From positions 5,610,001 through 5,642,000 of the forward strand of contig NZ_CP064923.1 of NCBI RefSeq assembly GCF_018336915.1: DNA of 32,000 bases, in the 5' to 3' direction. A program made the position numbers and the translations under genes. Every line of letters begins with the position of its first letter. Positions within the stretch are counted from its first letter, which is position 1. Positions 1-8,168 of the stretch are shown here, one piece after another. The notes under the pieces are model-generated. The model worked only from the letters and a program-made list of their open reading frames with translations. It was not told the origin of the DNA and made no database searches. This stretch comes from Acaryochloris marina S15 (lineage in GTDB: Bacteria > Cyanobacteriota > Cyanobacteriia > Thermosynechococcales > Thermosynechococcaceae).

Positions 1-1474
1 AGGCATATTCCCATTCAGCTTCGCTGGGTAATCGATACTCACGACCGGCTTTTTGAGACAGGCGAGCACAAAACTCGATGGCTTCTCGCCAGGAGATTTG
101 CTCGACGGGGTAGGTGGCTCCCTTAAATTTGGAGGGATCGTAATGGATATCTTGGGACACTTTCGGCAAAGCTGCAATCGCCCGCCACTGCAGTTGGGTA
201 ATTACAAACTTACCCATAAAAAACGGGGCAATCTTGACGGAATGGTACGGCCCTTCATGGGTATCCCGCTTCAGTTCATGGTTCGGGGAGCCCATCATAA
301 ACTGTCCCCCTGGAAGTGCCACCATTTCCAGCTTGACGCCATTACCCAGAGTTTCTTGAAAAAACTCTGCATCTCGCTGCCGACGTTGGGCGACTTCGCC
401 TTTACTGTTAACGGTCACCACTTCAAACTGAAACGTTTTCAGCAATGGATGCTCTACTGAGAGGATCGTTTGGGGCGGAATGGGGACTGGCTTGTTATGG
501 GGCTGGCTAGTCACCAGCTTAGTGGGAGCGACAGACAGCTGGGAAAAGGTCTTAGTGGGGGCTGACGATGGCAATTGGATCACATGTTGCGCTTGCAGGT
601 CCGCGAGGACGGCGGCGGCAGAACCGTAGCGCTGGCGCAAATCATTTTGCAAAAGTTTATCCAAAATCGTCCGAAATCGCGAACTCAGAGGAATCTGAAC
701 ATACTGCTGCCACTGACTGATCCAGCTATAGCCGTACTGCAAGAAAAAGGTATAGGGAACCTTATTGGTCATCAACTGAAAGCAAGACACCCCCAGACTA
801 AACAGATCGCTGGCGGGGATGGACTTCCCTTCCTGCATTTGTTCTAAGGCTGCATAACCTTGGGAACCCAAAGTCGTGCCCGTTTTCATCAGCATCGACT
901 CTGTAAAGCGTCGAGAAACCCCAAAATCGATTAGGACGAGTTTGCCATCATCATCCCGTCGCATGATGTTTTCGGGCTTCAGATCTCGGTGAATCACCCC
1001 CTGAACATGAATATCTCGCAAGACGGGCAAAATATTCAGGAGCAATTCACGAATTTTAGGTTCGCCAAACACGCCAGTGGTTTGGAGTTCTTTGAGCAGC
1101 GTATGGCCTTTGACAAATTCCTGAGCCAGGTAGAGATTGACTCCTTCTGTAAAGTAGGCATATAAGGTTGGAATCTGAGGATTTTGGCCTAGTTGCTGCA
1201 GTTGTTGGGCTTCTTGAGCAAATAGCTCCTCTGCACGCTGAACGGCCCAGGTACCTTGAGACTGATAAGCCAGCTGCTTGACCACACAGGGCTGATGGTG
1301 GTTGTGGGTATCTTCTGCCAAATAGATTTTGCCAAATCCGCCCCGGTCCAAGGGATGAAGAATCTTAAATCGATCGCTTAATAATGAAACTAAGCGCAGA
1401 CCACATTGCTGACAATGCTTATGCGTGTCAGGATTTAGCGGCTTTTCACAATCTGGATTGAGGCAGCAGAGCAT
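1..1474 (-). CDS. Serine/threonine protein kinase with an N-terminal 4-Cys prefix and a C-terminal FGE-sulfatase (SUMF1-like) domain. It is partial: the C-terminus runs off the left edge of the window.
   Basis: Hand translation of the minus strand from the ATG at 1474..1472 gives MLCCLNPDCEKPLNPDTHKHCQQCG (4-Cys). Kinase motifs follow: GGFGKIY, HRDLKPEN and DFGVS. Later comes GGQFMMGSP...EGPYHSVKIAPFFMGKFVITQLQW...ISWREAIEFCARLS...YRLPSEAEWEYA, typical of the FGE-sulfatase fold. The frame is open to position 1. It is absent from the ORF track because it has no stop inside the window. Confidence 0.9.
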   Translation of the reverse strand, partial: MLCCLNPDCEKPLNPDTHKHCQQCGLRLVSLLSDRFKILHPLDRGGFGKIYLAEDTHNHHQPCVVKQLAYQSQGTWAVQRAEELFAQEAQQLQQLGQNPQIPTLYAYFTEGVNLYLAQEFVKGHTLLKELQTTGVFGEPKIRELLLNILPVLRDIHVQGVIHRDLKPENIMRRDDDGKLVLIDFGVSRRFTESMLMKTGTTLGSQGYAALEQMQEGKSIPASDLFSLGVSCFQLMTNKVPYTFFLQYGYSWISQWQQYVQIPLSSRFRTILDKLLQNDLRQRYGSAAAVLADLQAQHVIQLPSSAPTKTFSQLSVAPTKLVTSQPHNKPVPIPPQTILSVEHPLLKTFQFEVVTVNSKGEVAQRRQRDAEFFQETLGNGVKLEMVALPGGQFMMGSPNHELKRDTHEGPYHSVKIAPFFMGKFVITQLQWRAIAALPKVSQDIHYDPSKFKGATYPVEQISWREAIEFCARLSQKAGREYRLPSEAEWEYA

Positions 1475-1686
1475 TATGGGATCAGCAAGGAAGGAGAAAA
1501 AGCCTTCTCTAGCCCACTTTAGCCTTGAATCATAAAAATTGAGAGGAGGGTCTTAATGTTTTTTATCTGACGACAAAAACAAATGACAAGGGGGCATCAC
1601 GGGCGCAGACAATGCTGACTCGTAGTGGGTGGGGCAATGTCTACTATTCTAGAGGGAAGTCTGACCCACTAAACTGATTGCCGAGT

Positions 1687-2604
1687 ATGCCTATGTCCAA
1701 CCTCAAAACGGTTCGAGATCGGGAGAAACTGACGGGTTGGTTGCTGATTACCCCTGCTTTGCTCCTATTGCTGCTGGTCTTTGCCTATCCAATTGGTCGG
1801 GCTTTTTGGTTGAGTTTATTTACCAAAAACCTAGGCACAAACTTACAGCCTGTATTTACGGGTATCGGCAACTATAGCCGCATGATGGGCGACGGACGAT
1901 TCTGGCAAAGTATTGGCAACACCACGATCTTTACTGCGATCGCAGTCAGTATCGAACTGATTTTGGGCATGGGGGTGGCCCTGGTTCTCAACCAGAGCTT
2001 TCGCGGTCGGGGACTGGCCAGAACCATTGCTATCTTGCCCTGGGCCTTACCCACTGCCCTAATTGGCTTGACCTGGACCTGGATTTTTAACGACCAGTAC
2101 GGGGTGTTGAACGATATATTGCTGCGGCTACATCTGATCCCAGAAGCCATTAACTGGTTAGGGGATCCGACCCTGGCCTTGTTCGCCACCATCGCCGCCG
2201 ATATTTGGAAAACCACCTCTTTCGTTGCCATTTTGCTGCTGGCGGGATTACAGTCCATCTCAGAAGATCTGTACGAAGCCCATGCCATTGATGGGGCATC
2301 GCCTTGGCAGAGCTTTCGTCAAATCACCCTGCCCCTGTTGATGCCGCAAATCTTGATTGCCGTCTTGTTCCGGTTTGCCCAGTCCTTTGGGGTCTTTGAC
2401 CTGATTAAGGTAATGACGGAAGGGGGACCCGCTGGGGCTACGGAAATGGTGTCTATTTACATCTATGCCACGGTGATGCGCTACCTCGACTTTGGCTATG
2501 GAGCAGCGCTCGTAGTCGTCACCTTTTTAGTCTTGATTGTGGCCGTTGCTATCTCCACCTTTATCCTCTCCAAACTCCGCACCAATATCTCGGGAGCCCA
2601 ATAA
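1687..2604 (+). CDS. Carbohydrate-type ABC transporter permease (MalF/UgpA-like)
   Basis: A 6-TM hydrophobic profile. The EAA-loop region reads SISEDLYEAHAIDGASPWQSFRQITLPLL. It is followed 4 nt later by a MalG-like partner. The ORF opens at a TTG at 1678; the first ATGs are at 1687 and 1693. Confidence 0.85.
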   Translation: MPMSNLKTVRDREKLTGWLLITPALLLLLLVFAYPIGRAFWLSLFTKNLGTNLQPVFTGIGNYSRMMGDGRFWQSIGNTTIFTAIAVSIELILGMGVALVLNQSFRGRGLARTIAILPWALPTALIGLTWTWIFNDQYGVLNDILLRLHLIPEAINWLGDPTLALFATIAADIWKTTSFVAILLLAGLQSISEDLYEAHAIDGASPWQSFRQITLPLLMPQILIAVLFRFAQSFGVFDLIKVMTEGGPAGATEMVSIYIYATVMRYLDFGYGAALVVVTFLVLIVAVAISTFILSKLRTNISGAQ

Positions 2605-2607
2605 CCC

Positions 2608-3465
2608 ATGACGACCGACTCACCTTCCAAGCCGTCCGGCTCCCTTAAAGGGCTACTGTTAACGGGCTCCGTTATTTTGGTGGTCCTGTTTAGTTTGGCC
2701 CCAGTGCTGTGGCAGCTCTTGACCTCAATAAAGGTGAATGAGGATATTTCACAAGTTCCCAATATCTATATCCCTCTGCGGTATACCTTGGAGCACTATA
2801 TAGAACTGCTCAGTCGTCGCCCCTTTGCCAGCTATCTGTTTAACAGCAGTTTAGTTGCGATTACCTCAACCTTTTTATGTTTAGGCATTGGCTCTCCCGC
2901 CGCCTATGCCCTAGCCCGCTTGCGATTACCCGGAGAGCAGATCCTCCTCTCCGCCGTCTTAATTGTCACCCTATTTCCCTACATTTTGCTGTTTCTCGGG
3001 CTCTTAGAGATTGTCCAAGTCTTGCACTTGGCGAATAACTATTTAGCCCTGATTATTCCTTACACCGCCATCAATTTACCCTTGACGATTCTGGTGATGC
3101 GTAGCTTCTTCCAACAGTTGCCCAGGGACCTAGAAGATGCCGCCAAAGTCGATGGCTACAATACGGTGCAAATGCTCTGGCAAATTGTTCTCCCTACTAC
3201 ATTGCCAGCCCTCGTGACGACTGGCATTCTGACCTTTATTTTTGCCTGGAATGAGTTCATTTTCGCCCTGACCTTTATTACCCGGGAAAGTATGAAAACC
3301 ATTCCTGTAGCGGCGGCTCAAATTGGCGGATCATCTATCTTTGAGATCCCCTATGGTCCTATTGCTGCCGCCACCGTGTTAGGAACCATTCCCTTAGTAC
3401 TGCTGGTTCTATTTTTCCAACGCAAAATTATTCAAGGGCTCACAGCCGGAGCCGTCAAAGGGTAA
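2608..3465 (+). CDS. Carbohydrate-type ABC transporter permease (MalG/UgpE-like)
   Basis: EAA loop LPRDLEDAAKVDGYNTVQMLWQIVLP. Multiple TM helices. Tightly linked to the upstream permease. No binding-protein or ATPase gene is present in the window. Confidence 0.85.
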   Translation: MTTDSPSKPSGSLKGLLLTGSVILVVLFSLAPVLWQLLTSIKVNEDISQVPNIYIPLRYTLEHYIELLSRRPFASYLFNSSLVAITSTFLCLGIGSPAAYALARLRLPGEQILLSAVLIVTLFPYILLFLGLLEIVQVLHLANNYLALIIPYTAINLPLTILVMRSFFQQLPRDLEDAAKVDGYNTVQMLWQIVLPTTLPALVTTGILTFIFAWNEFIFALTFITRESMKTIPVAAAQIGGSSIFEIPYGPIAAATVLGTIPLVLLVLFFQRKIIQGLTAGAVKG

Positions 3466-3631
3466 TGGACTTAAAAGATTCGCAGCCTCCAATGACGGCA
3501 ATATTTTTTTCATTATGCATAAGAAAATCTGATCGTAATTTCCGCTGAGATACTGCTAAAAAAAGGAGTAGTCCCCGGCTACCGCTATCTGATTTAATGC
3601 AAGAATTGAGGACTTTTTTGGGTGAACGTTT

Positions 3632-4378
3632 ATGCGGTTTCGATTCTCCAATACGCTTCTGGTTATTGCCATGTTTGTCAGCGTGGTGACATGGAATGTC
3701 ATTCAACCCGCCCAAGCGGTTACAGACATTCCATCTAGCACTCTCATTGCCCAAGCTGATGCCGGTGAAGGATTTACAGTGCCACCGCTTCCCTATAGCT
3801 ACTTTGCACTGGAAAAGTACATCGACACCAAAACCATGAAAATCCATCATGATAAGCATCATGCTGGGTATGTCAACAATTTGAATGCTGCCATCGCCAA
3901 GCACCCCAACTTAGCGGGTAAATCTGTAGAAGATCTATTAAACAATCTCAATGCCGTGCCCGAAGATATTCGCACTGCGGTCCGCAATAATGGTGGCGGC
4001 CATGCTAATCACACCCTATTTTGGGCCAGCATGACACCGAATGCTGAAGGCAAACCAACAGGCCAACTCGCAGACGCCATTGAAGACAGCTTCGGCAGTT
4101 TTGTAGCCTTCCAATCTGAATTCAAAAAAGCGGGCTTAACTCGATTCGGTAGCGGCTGGGCTTGGCTGGTGCTAACAAAAGATGGCAAGCTAGACGTCAC
4201 TAGTACTCCCAACCAAGACAGCCCCCTGTTAGAGGGCAATATCCCTCTGCTCGGCAATGACGTCTGGGAACATGCCTACTATCTGAAATATCAAAACCGC
4301 CGTGGTGACTATCTAGATGCTTGGTGGAATGTCGTTAATTGGGCAGAAGTAGACGCTCGCTATCAGGCGGCAACCTAA
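3632..4378 (+). CDS. sodA: Manganese superoxide dismutase with an N-terminal hydrophobic anchor or signal
   Basis: [27 protein letters not shown] (Mn-type GGGHxNH) and [15 protein letters not shown] metal-ligand motifs. The N-terminus [23 protein letters not shown] is a TM or signal segment, as in the membrane-anchored cyanobacterial MnSODs. Confidence 0.9.
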   Translation: MRFRFSNTLLVIAMFVSVVTWNVIQPAQAVTDIPSSTLIAQADAGEGFTVPPLPYSYFALEKYIDTKTMKIHHDKHHAGYVNNLNAAIAKHPNLAGKSVEDLLNNLNAVPEDIRTAVRNNGGGHANHTLFWASMTPNAEGKPTGQLADAIEDSFGSFVAFQSEFKKAGLTRFGSGWAWLVLTKDGKLDVTSTPNQDSPLLEGNIPLLGNDVWEHAYYLKYQNRRGDYLDAWWNVVNWAEVDARYQAAT

Positions 4379-4779
4379 ACCGTCTCTGGGCCATCTAGTT
4401 CATTGGGGTCCGTCGAAAAATGAATATGTCGAATTTTCCAGTCCTGTTGATCTCGCTCTAGGAAAAAAGTCGATCGCACTCCGGGTTGCGGCTGATTGCT
4501 GTATCTGACTTTGGCAATGACACAAGCCGCATCCTGGGTTTGGAAAACGTGCATTCCTTCTATTGATAACTCGACGATGGTACCCGTTAAAAAAAATTGG
4601 TGAATCTGCTGTAGGTGATGGTCTAAATCCGTTGAGTCACAACCTGCATGGTTATCGAAATAAGTGATTTTGCCATCGTCAACATACAGATTGCGCAGTG
4701 CTGCAAGGTTGCGATCGCAAAAGCACTGGTTATACCGCTGTAGGAACTGCTCAAATTCTTCTAAGTTGGTAGGGGGCAT
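4375..4779 (-). CDS. NTF2-like / SnoaL-like (DUF4440-type) small protein
   Basis: A 134-aa ORF with the NTF2-fold pattern: [28 protein letters not shown]...[18 protein letters not shown]. It is convergent with sodA and overlaps it by 4 nt. The family call comes from sequence pattern only. Confidence 0.55.
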   Translation of the reverse strand: MPPTNLEEFEQFLQRYNQCFCDRNLAALRNLYVDDGKITYFDNHAGCDSTDLDHHLQQIHQFFLTGTIVELSIEGMHVFQTQDAACVIAKVRYSNQPQPGVRSTFFLERDQQDWKIRHIHFSTDPNELDGPETV

Positions 4780-4913
4780 AGGTCTAGATTACGGAGATGC
4801 GATGGCCGTTGTTTGCTGTCCATAGGACATAGGCCGGTCGGAGACCATCACAAGTTTCACCCTATTGCACATCCAACAAATGAGCCATTGAATCCACTCA
4901 TTGGGAGGCGAAT

Positions 4914-6647
4914 ATGACCCAGCTCACTCAGTGTGACAGTTCTCAGGACTATGACGTAATTGTAGTGGGTTCAGGGAATGGGGCTTGTGCTTTCCTGAGG
5001 CAATATCTCGCTGCTTCAACGAACGAAAAAATTTTGGTACTGGAGGAGGGAGACAACTTCTTCGAAACCAGCGATATTACCCACCAGCGGAACTGGACTC
5101 AATCCTTTGCGGAAGGGAATATCTTTAAGCTGCACAATGCTCACACGCCAGACAATCGACCTATTTTATCGGGCAGAGCCTGCACGATGGGTGGGGGCAG
5201 CTCCATCAACTACTCCATGATCTTTGAGTCTTCAGCTTGGTTGGTGCAGCACTTCGGCCATGATCAAGGTTACTGGGATACCCAAAAAGAAAAACTCGCA
5301 GTCTCATTTCAGCGCAGTGATCCAAAGCAAAGCCTCACTCCAGTTGCTATCCATGTGCGAACAGCTTTAGAAAGACGAGGGTTTGTCGTCAACGAAAAGA
5401 CGGAAGGTAATATTCCCGTCTATTCAGATACCCAATCCAACCAAATTCATATTTTTCCCACACAGTTCAACGAATTTGGCCAGAGAATAGCCAGTGGCGT
5501 GTCCTTGCTGGATTGGCATACCCATGATCATCTAGATTTCATGTCTCGACATCGGGTGCTCAAACTCCACTTGACTGATGGTGATGGAGAGAAACAACGA
5601 TGTCATGCAATCACAGTGCTGAATTTAGAAACTAAAGAAGCTATAACCCATGGTGTCGGAGCACAAACGAAGATCATCCTCTGTGCTGGAGCAGCCACAC
5701 CCCAATTGCTATACGAACATCGGGCCAAGCTCCAGAATATGGAGATTGGCCAGCACGTCAACGATCACATTCTGCTGCCGTTTGGTATTTATTTACTGCA
5801 TCAATCCTTGCAACCCACCCTGAAAGATCAATATATCTCGCTATTTGCAACGACAAAAATCAACCCTGATACAAAAGGGGAAGCAACGGTTTGTACCTTT
5901 GATTTCTTTGCCGGGAAGTTAGAGGTACTGCTGTATTTAATCTCTCATTTATTTTTGGCATTTTGGGTGCCCAATGGCATCAAGCGCTGGATGATTCAGA
6001 GTCCAAATGTGTTTAGTTTTCTCAAGTGGTTCAGCCGCTTGCTAGTCAGTATCTGGAACGCGGTGGATGATGTGCTGTGGTGCATTCTCAATCCCAAAAA
6101 TATGGGAAAAAATGAGTGGAAGTTGATTTCTGCAATCGTGAAGTTCAATATTGCGCGGGAAGGATACTACACGCCCTCTGCTAGCCCACTGTTGTCTACA
6201 CAAACAAACCATTCATCCTATGACATCATTCTTCGATGTTTTGAACAGAGCACTCCAGAGAAGGATCGAGACTTTAAAGTTGCAGAGAAGGCTATTACAG
6301 ATCAACTCTGTCTGATGGAGAGATTGGGGACACCACCTCACCCGATCTTCCAATTTCTCATTCGGTTATTCACCAGAATGCCTTACAACAAAGACCAAGT
6401 GGAGCAATATATTCGCCATTACAGTCACAATGATCTATTGACAGAGCAGCATTTGTCAGGAGGCTGTATTTTCGGCAAGGCAATTGATATGGGACTAGAA
6501 TCTCCCCAAGATACAGGTAAAGTCCTGGGGAGTCAGAATATCTATGTGGCCGATCTGTCTGCGGCCCCCCTCCCGAGGGTCAGTCCACAAATGACGGCCT
6601 ATTTGATTGGGCATCATGTGGCTACACAGCTTTGCCGAGAACTTTAG
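4914..6647 (+). CDS. GMC-family FAD-dependent oxidoreductase
   Basis: N-terminal Rossmann motif DVIVVGSGNGACAF...LVLEEG. GMC signature-like GRACTMGGGSSINYSMIF. C-terminal EQHLSGGCIFGKAID...NIYVADLSAAPLPRVSPQMT resembles the GMC C-terminal catalytic region. Confidence 0.75.
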   Translation: MTQLTQCDSSQDYDVIVVGSGNGACAFLRQYLAASTNEKILVLEEGDNFFETSDITHQRNWTQSFAEGNIFKLHNAHTPDNRPILSGRACTMGGGSSINYSMIFESSAWLVQHFGHDQGYWDTQKEKLAVSFQRSDPKQSLTPVAIHVRTALERRGFVVNEKTEGNIPVYSDTQSNQIHIFPTQFNEFGQRIASGVSLLDWHTHDHLDFMSRHRVLKLHLTDGDGEKQRCHAITVLNLETKEAITHGVGAQTKIILCAGAATPQLLYEHRAKLQNMEIGQHVNDHILLPFGIYLLHQSLQPTLKDQYISLFATTKINPDTKGEATVCTFDFFAGKLEVLLYLISHLFLAFWVPNGIKRWMIQSPNVFSFLKWFSRLLVSIWNAVDDVLWCILNPKNMGKNEWKLISAIVKFNIAREGYYTPSASPLLSTQTNHSSYDIILRCFEQSTPEKDRDFKVAEKAITDQLCLMERLGTPPHPIFQFLIRLFTRMPYNKDQVEQYIRHYSHNDLLTEQHLSGGCIFGKAIDMGLESPQDTGKVLGSQNIYVADLSAAPLPRVSPQMTAYLIGHHVATQLCREL

Positions 6648-6652
6648 GCGAT

Positions 6653-7108
6653 TCAAGCTGCTTTAGCCATCATTTGATTGAAGATTGCGATCGCATCCTG
6701 GGGCGGAACTTCTTTCACTTGAGTGGCAAGGGTCCAGGCATAGCCAAAGGGGTCTGCGACAGTTGCCGTGCGATCCCCCCAGAACATATCTTCTGGCTCA
6801 CTAACACTCGTCAGTCCAGCATCTATCGCCTGCTGATAGCTAGCATCTACATCAGGCAAATAGAGGTAAAAAGCCACCGGTGACTGAGGATCAGGGGCTT
6901 GTCGGGGCGAGCCTTCAAATTCATCACTCATAAACAAATGGGAATCTCCAATGGTTGCGGATACATGCATCACTGTGCCATCTGGAGTTTCAAGCAAAGC
7001 ATCTACTACTAACCCAAAAGCCCGTTTATACAATTCAATAGCTGCTTTGGTATCGCGATACGTAGCATTCGGCGTCATCGTATGAAAACCGACAGGCTTG
7101 TAATCCAT
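6653..7108 (-). CDS. VOC (glyoxalase/bleomycin-resistance fold, PhnB-like) family protein
   Basis: MDYKPVGFHTMTPNATYRDTKAAIELYKRAFG...HVSATIGDSHLFMSDEF...MFWGDRTATVADPFGYAWTLAT is the typical PhnB-like VOC pattern. The ORF extends to 7150, but the ATG at 7108 fits family N-termini better. Confidence 0.75.
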   Translation of the reverse strand: MDYKPVGFHTMTPNATYRDTKAAIELYKRAFGLVVDALLETPDGTVMHVSATIGDSHLFMSDEFEGSPRQAPDPQSPVAFYLYLPDVDASYQQAIDAGLTSVSEPEDMFWGDRTATVADPFGYAWTLATQVKEVPPQDAIAIFNQMMAKAA

Positions 7109-7463
7109 GGGACATTTCTCCAACACAAAGGTGAATATTTTATAGTACAAATGTACTTTTATAATATCAGGTCTTTTGCTCAGTGCATGTCATCTGAACA
7201 ACAATCAAAAGGCCATTGGACGGCCAATATTGCTGCGTGCCTTGCAACACTAATCAGGCAAGATGATCAAGGTACAGTCTTTTGGAGCAGTTAGCTGCAT
7301 TCATATGCCGACCGACAACCCTCTTTTGGTGGTCCAGAAATGACAGCCACTGCCTCCAAGCAAAAATGACCACACACCTCAAATCAGCTCAAATTATCTG
7401 CAGTAGCACACTATTTAAGCCTGATGGTCTTAGTGCTGCTCCATAGATCTTTAGCCACAGATC

Positions 7464-8144
7464 TTACTGAGGCACTTGTGGTGGCGATAGAGGAATCGAG
7501 GGTCCAGGATCAATAGAAGGTGGAGGAGGCGAAGCCGGAGCTGTAGGTTGTTTAGGTTTAGTTTGGGCCTGCCATTCCGTTAATGGTCGATCGATCGCAC
7601 CCACAAAAGCAGTCGGGACAAGAATAACTTGTAAATTCTTACCCGAGTCTACTTCAGGATCTACCTGAGCATAAATAAAACTTTCCGTTGGATCTTGACC
7701 ACCCAAAACTAGAGTGTGAGTTTGCTCATTTTTGAGAACGACCTTGACATTACCTGGAGATTTCTCAAAACCAAATTCTTTTTGGCGCGTAGGTTCTACA
7801 GATAAGGTTCTAGGACTCTTGGCCGTGGCCAGGAGGTTGAGCAAAAAGGCAATCGCTGCTTCATCAGCCGGCTTATCTTGGGGCTTCTTCATTCGCCACG
7901 TATGGGGGAAACTCTGTTTCGACCGCTCAAACACCAGCGTTAGTTTAGGCGTCTTGACCGTTAAAGCGGCAACCTGATCTTCATTGAACTGAAATAGTTT
8001 GAGGACCTGCTCTTGCTGCTCTGTAATTTCTTCTGGGGTATCTTGAGAGCTGATCCACAGAAATACACCCGCTCCGCCGACAATAGCAGTACTGAGCAAA
8101 ATCATCGTTGTAGATTTAAGCTTCATCCCTTTATTCACAGTCAA
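7464..8144 (-). CDS. DUF4340-like membrane-anchored protein, last gene of the ABC-2/GldG operon
   Basis: An N-terminal TM segment (TTMILLSTAIVGGAGVFLWI) followed by a soluble domain. The C-terminus is Pro-rich (PTAPASPPPPSIDPGPSIPLSPPQVPQ). It sits 24 nt downstream of the GldG-like gene, which is the usual position of DUF4340 proteins. Confidence 0.6.
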   Translation of the reverse strand: MTVNKGMKLKSTTMILLSTAIVGGAGVFLWISSQDTPEEITEQQEQVLKLFQFNEDQVAALTVKTPKLTLVFERSKQSFPHTWRMKKPQDKPADEAAIAFLLNLLATAKSPRTLSVEPTRQKEFGFEKSPGNVKVVLKNEQTHTLVLGGQDPTESFIYAQVDPEVDSGKNLQVILVPTAFVGAIDRPLTEWQAQTKPKQPTAPASPPPPSIDPGPSIPLSPPQVPQ

Positions 8145-8168
8145 AATTGGTTTGTTTTCCTCTTTTTC

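Noticed and set aside
53-847. Plus-strand ORFs 53..460 and 575..847 from the ORF track
   Set aside because: They lie antisense inside the clearly recognisable kinase/FGE-sulfatase gene (minus strand, 1..1474) and show no motifs. They are shadow ORFs.
1687-3465. Whether the two ABC permeases are part of an NrtABCD-type nitrate transporter
   Set aside because: They are MalF/MalG-type sugar permeases with an EAA loop, lie 18 kb from the nitrate cluster, and have no NrtA/NrtC/NrtD partners. The cluster uses the MFS permease NrtP instead.
6632-7294. Plus-strand ORFs 6632..6883 and 7082..7294
   Set aside because: They are antisense to, or overlap, the well-supported VOC-family gene and its upstream region, and have no recognisable features.
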